From positions 79,288 through 143,287 of the forward strand of contig CAZUKQ010000001.1 of NCBI GenBank assembly GCA_964621025.1: 64,000 nucleotides of DNA, read 5' to 3'. Position 1 is the first letter of the stretch, and each line of letters begins with the position of its first letter. This DNA comes from Candidatus Woesearchaeota archaeon. Lineage in GTDB: Archaea; Nanobdellota; Nanobdellia; Pacearchaeales; GW2011-AR1. Positions 63,660 through 64,000 of this stretch are shown piece by piece. The translations under genes were made by a program, and so were the position numbers. The notes beneath the pieces were generated by a model. It did not search any database. It was not told the DNA's origin and saw only the letters and a program-made list of their open reading frames with translations.

Positions 63660-64000
63660 ATGGCAATCTCGGATTTGTGTATTCGTTGCAAAGGAAAAGG
63701 ACTTTGTGGAAAGAGATGCAGAATTTTAGATAAATTTATTGACAATGCACCAAAAGCTACCATCCATTTTCATGGTAAAAGCGCGCCGGAAGTTTTTGTT
63801 GGGCGAGTTGGCTATCCAAATGTGAACTCTGGAATTTTAGCTCCGAGTGAAAATGACAATGTTTCAAATTTTCCTTCGGCAGAAGAATGGTCTAAGAATA
63901 ATTTTTCAGTTGAAAATGTTTTACGACTCCGAGGCCAGTTGATTTATGGCCGAGGTATTTCTAATATAAAATCTCCAAATAGTTTAAAGCAAGTGACACA
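63660..64000 (+). CDS. Archaeal Nre-like (DNA-repair-associated) protein, N-terminal part (3' end outside window)
   Basis: Hand translation MAISDLCIRCKGKGLCGKRCRILDKF...HFHGKSAPEVFVGRVGYPNVNSGILAP. The CxxCKGxGLCGxxC start is as I recall for the Nre N-terminal domain. The frame is open to the window end. Confidence 0.5.
   Translation, partial: MAISDLCIRCKGKGLCGKRCRILDKFIDNAPKATIHFHGKSAPEVFVGRVGYPNVNSGILAPSENDNVSNFPSAEEWSKNNFSVENVLRLRGQLIYGRGISNIKSPNSLKQVT

Noticed and set aside
1-64000. Search by eye for CRISPR arrays, rRNA genes, transposases, integrases, or long terminal/inverted repeats
   Set aside because: No regularly spaced direct repeats were seen. There is no rRNA-like GC-rich block beyond the six tRNAs, and no DDE, tyrosine- or serine-recombinase motifs in any ORF. 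Repeat detection by eye is limited, so a k-mer or self-alignment scan would be needed to be certain.

Overview
Visibly AT-rich, very gene-dense archaeal chromosome segment. There are about 85 coding regions, many with 1-20 nt overlaps, six tRNAs, and no rRNA, CRISPR array, transposase or integrase. The gene content is that of a small-genome, DPANN-like archaeon (inference). It includes Rpo7-Spt4-S24e-S27ae, Rpo11, Kae1, NAC plus Sec61-beta, archaeal-type PheRS alpha/beta, deoxyhypusine synthase, RadB, Mre11/Rad50, type IA topoisomerase and an Nre-like protein. A bacterial-type grpE-dnaK-dnaJ operon and many short orphan ORFs are also present. All product calls come from motifs read by eye in the supplied translations; no database search was run. 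I added several features that fall below the 60-aa cutoff of the ORF track: two ribbon-helix-helix (RHH) genes, Sec61-beta, a 46-aa basic protein, a 41-aa SD-coupled ORF and a 3'-partial Nre-like gene. Several N-terminally over-extended ORFs were re-started using BRE/TATA or Shine-Dalgarno (SD) context. The observations I rate highest are listed here. (1) A histidine-themed, translationally coupled operon lies directly behind tRNA-His: short hisG, hisIE, an AstE/AspA-type deacylase, a membrane protein and a HisRS-like protein with an altered motif 3. (2) A 3-dehydroquinate-synthase-family gene is wedged between mre11 and rad50. (3) An intron-containing tRNA with a clean bulge-helix-bulge (BHB) splice motif has anticodon UAU. 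(4) An SNF2 helicase is coupled to an unrecognised protein with an array of CxxC zinc-ribbon motifs. (5) An accessory-looking block at 32-36 kb encodes secreted, Cys-rich and bacterial-like proteins. (6) There is an orphan N-terminal domain of a secretion ATPase. (7) A divergent Nudix pair shares a palindromic TATA box. I cannot single out one of these as the novel system with confidence.
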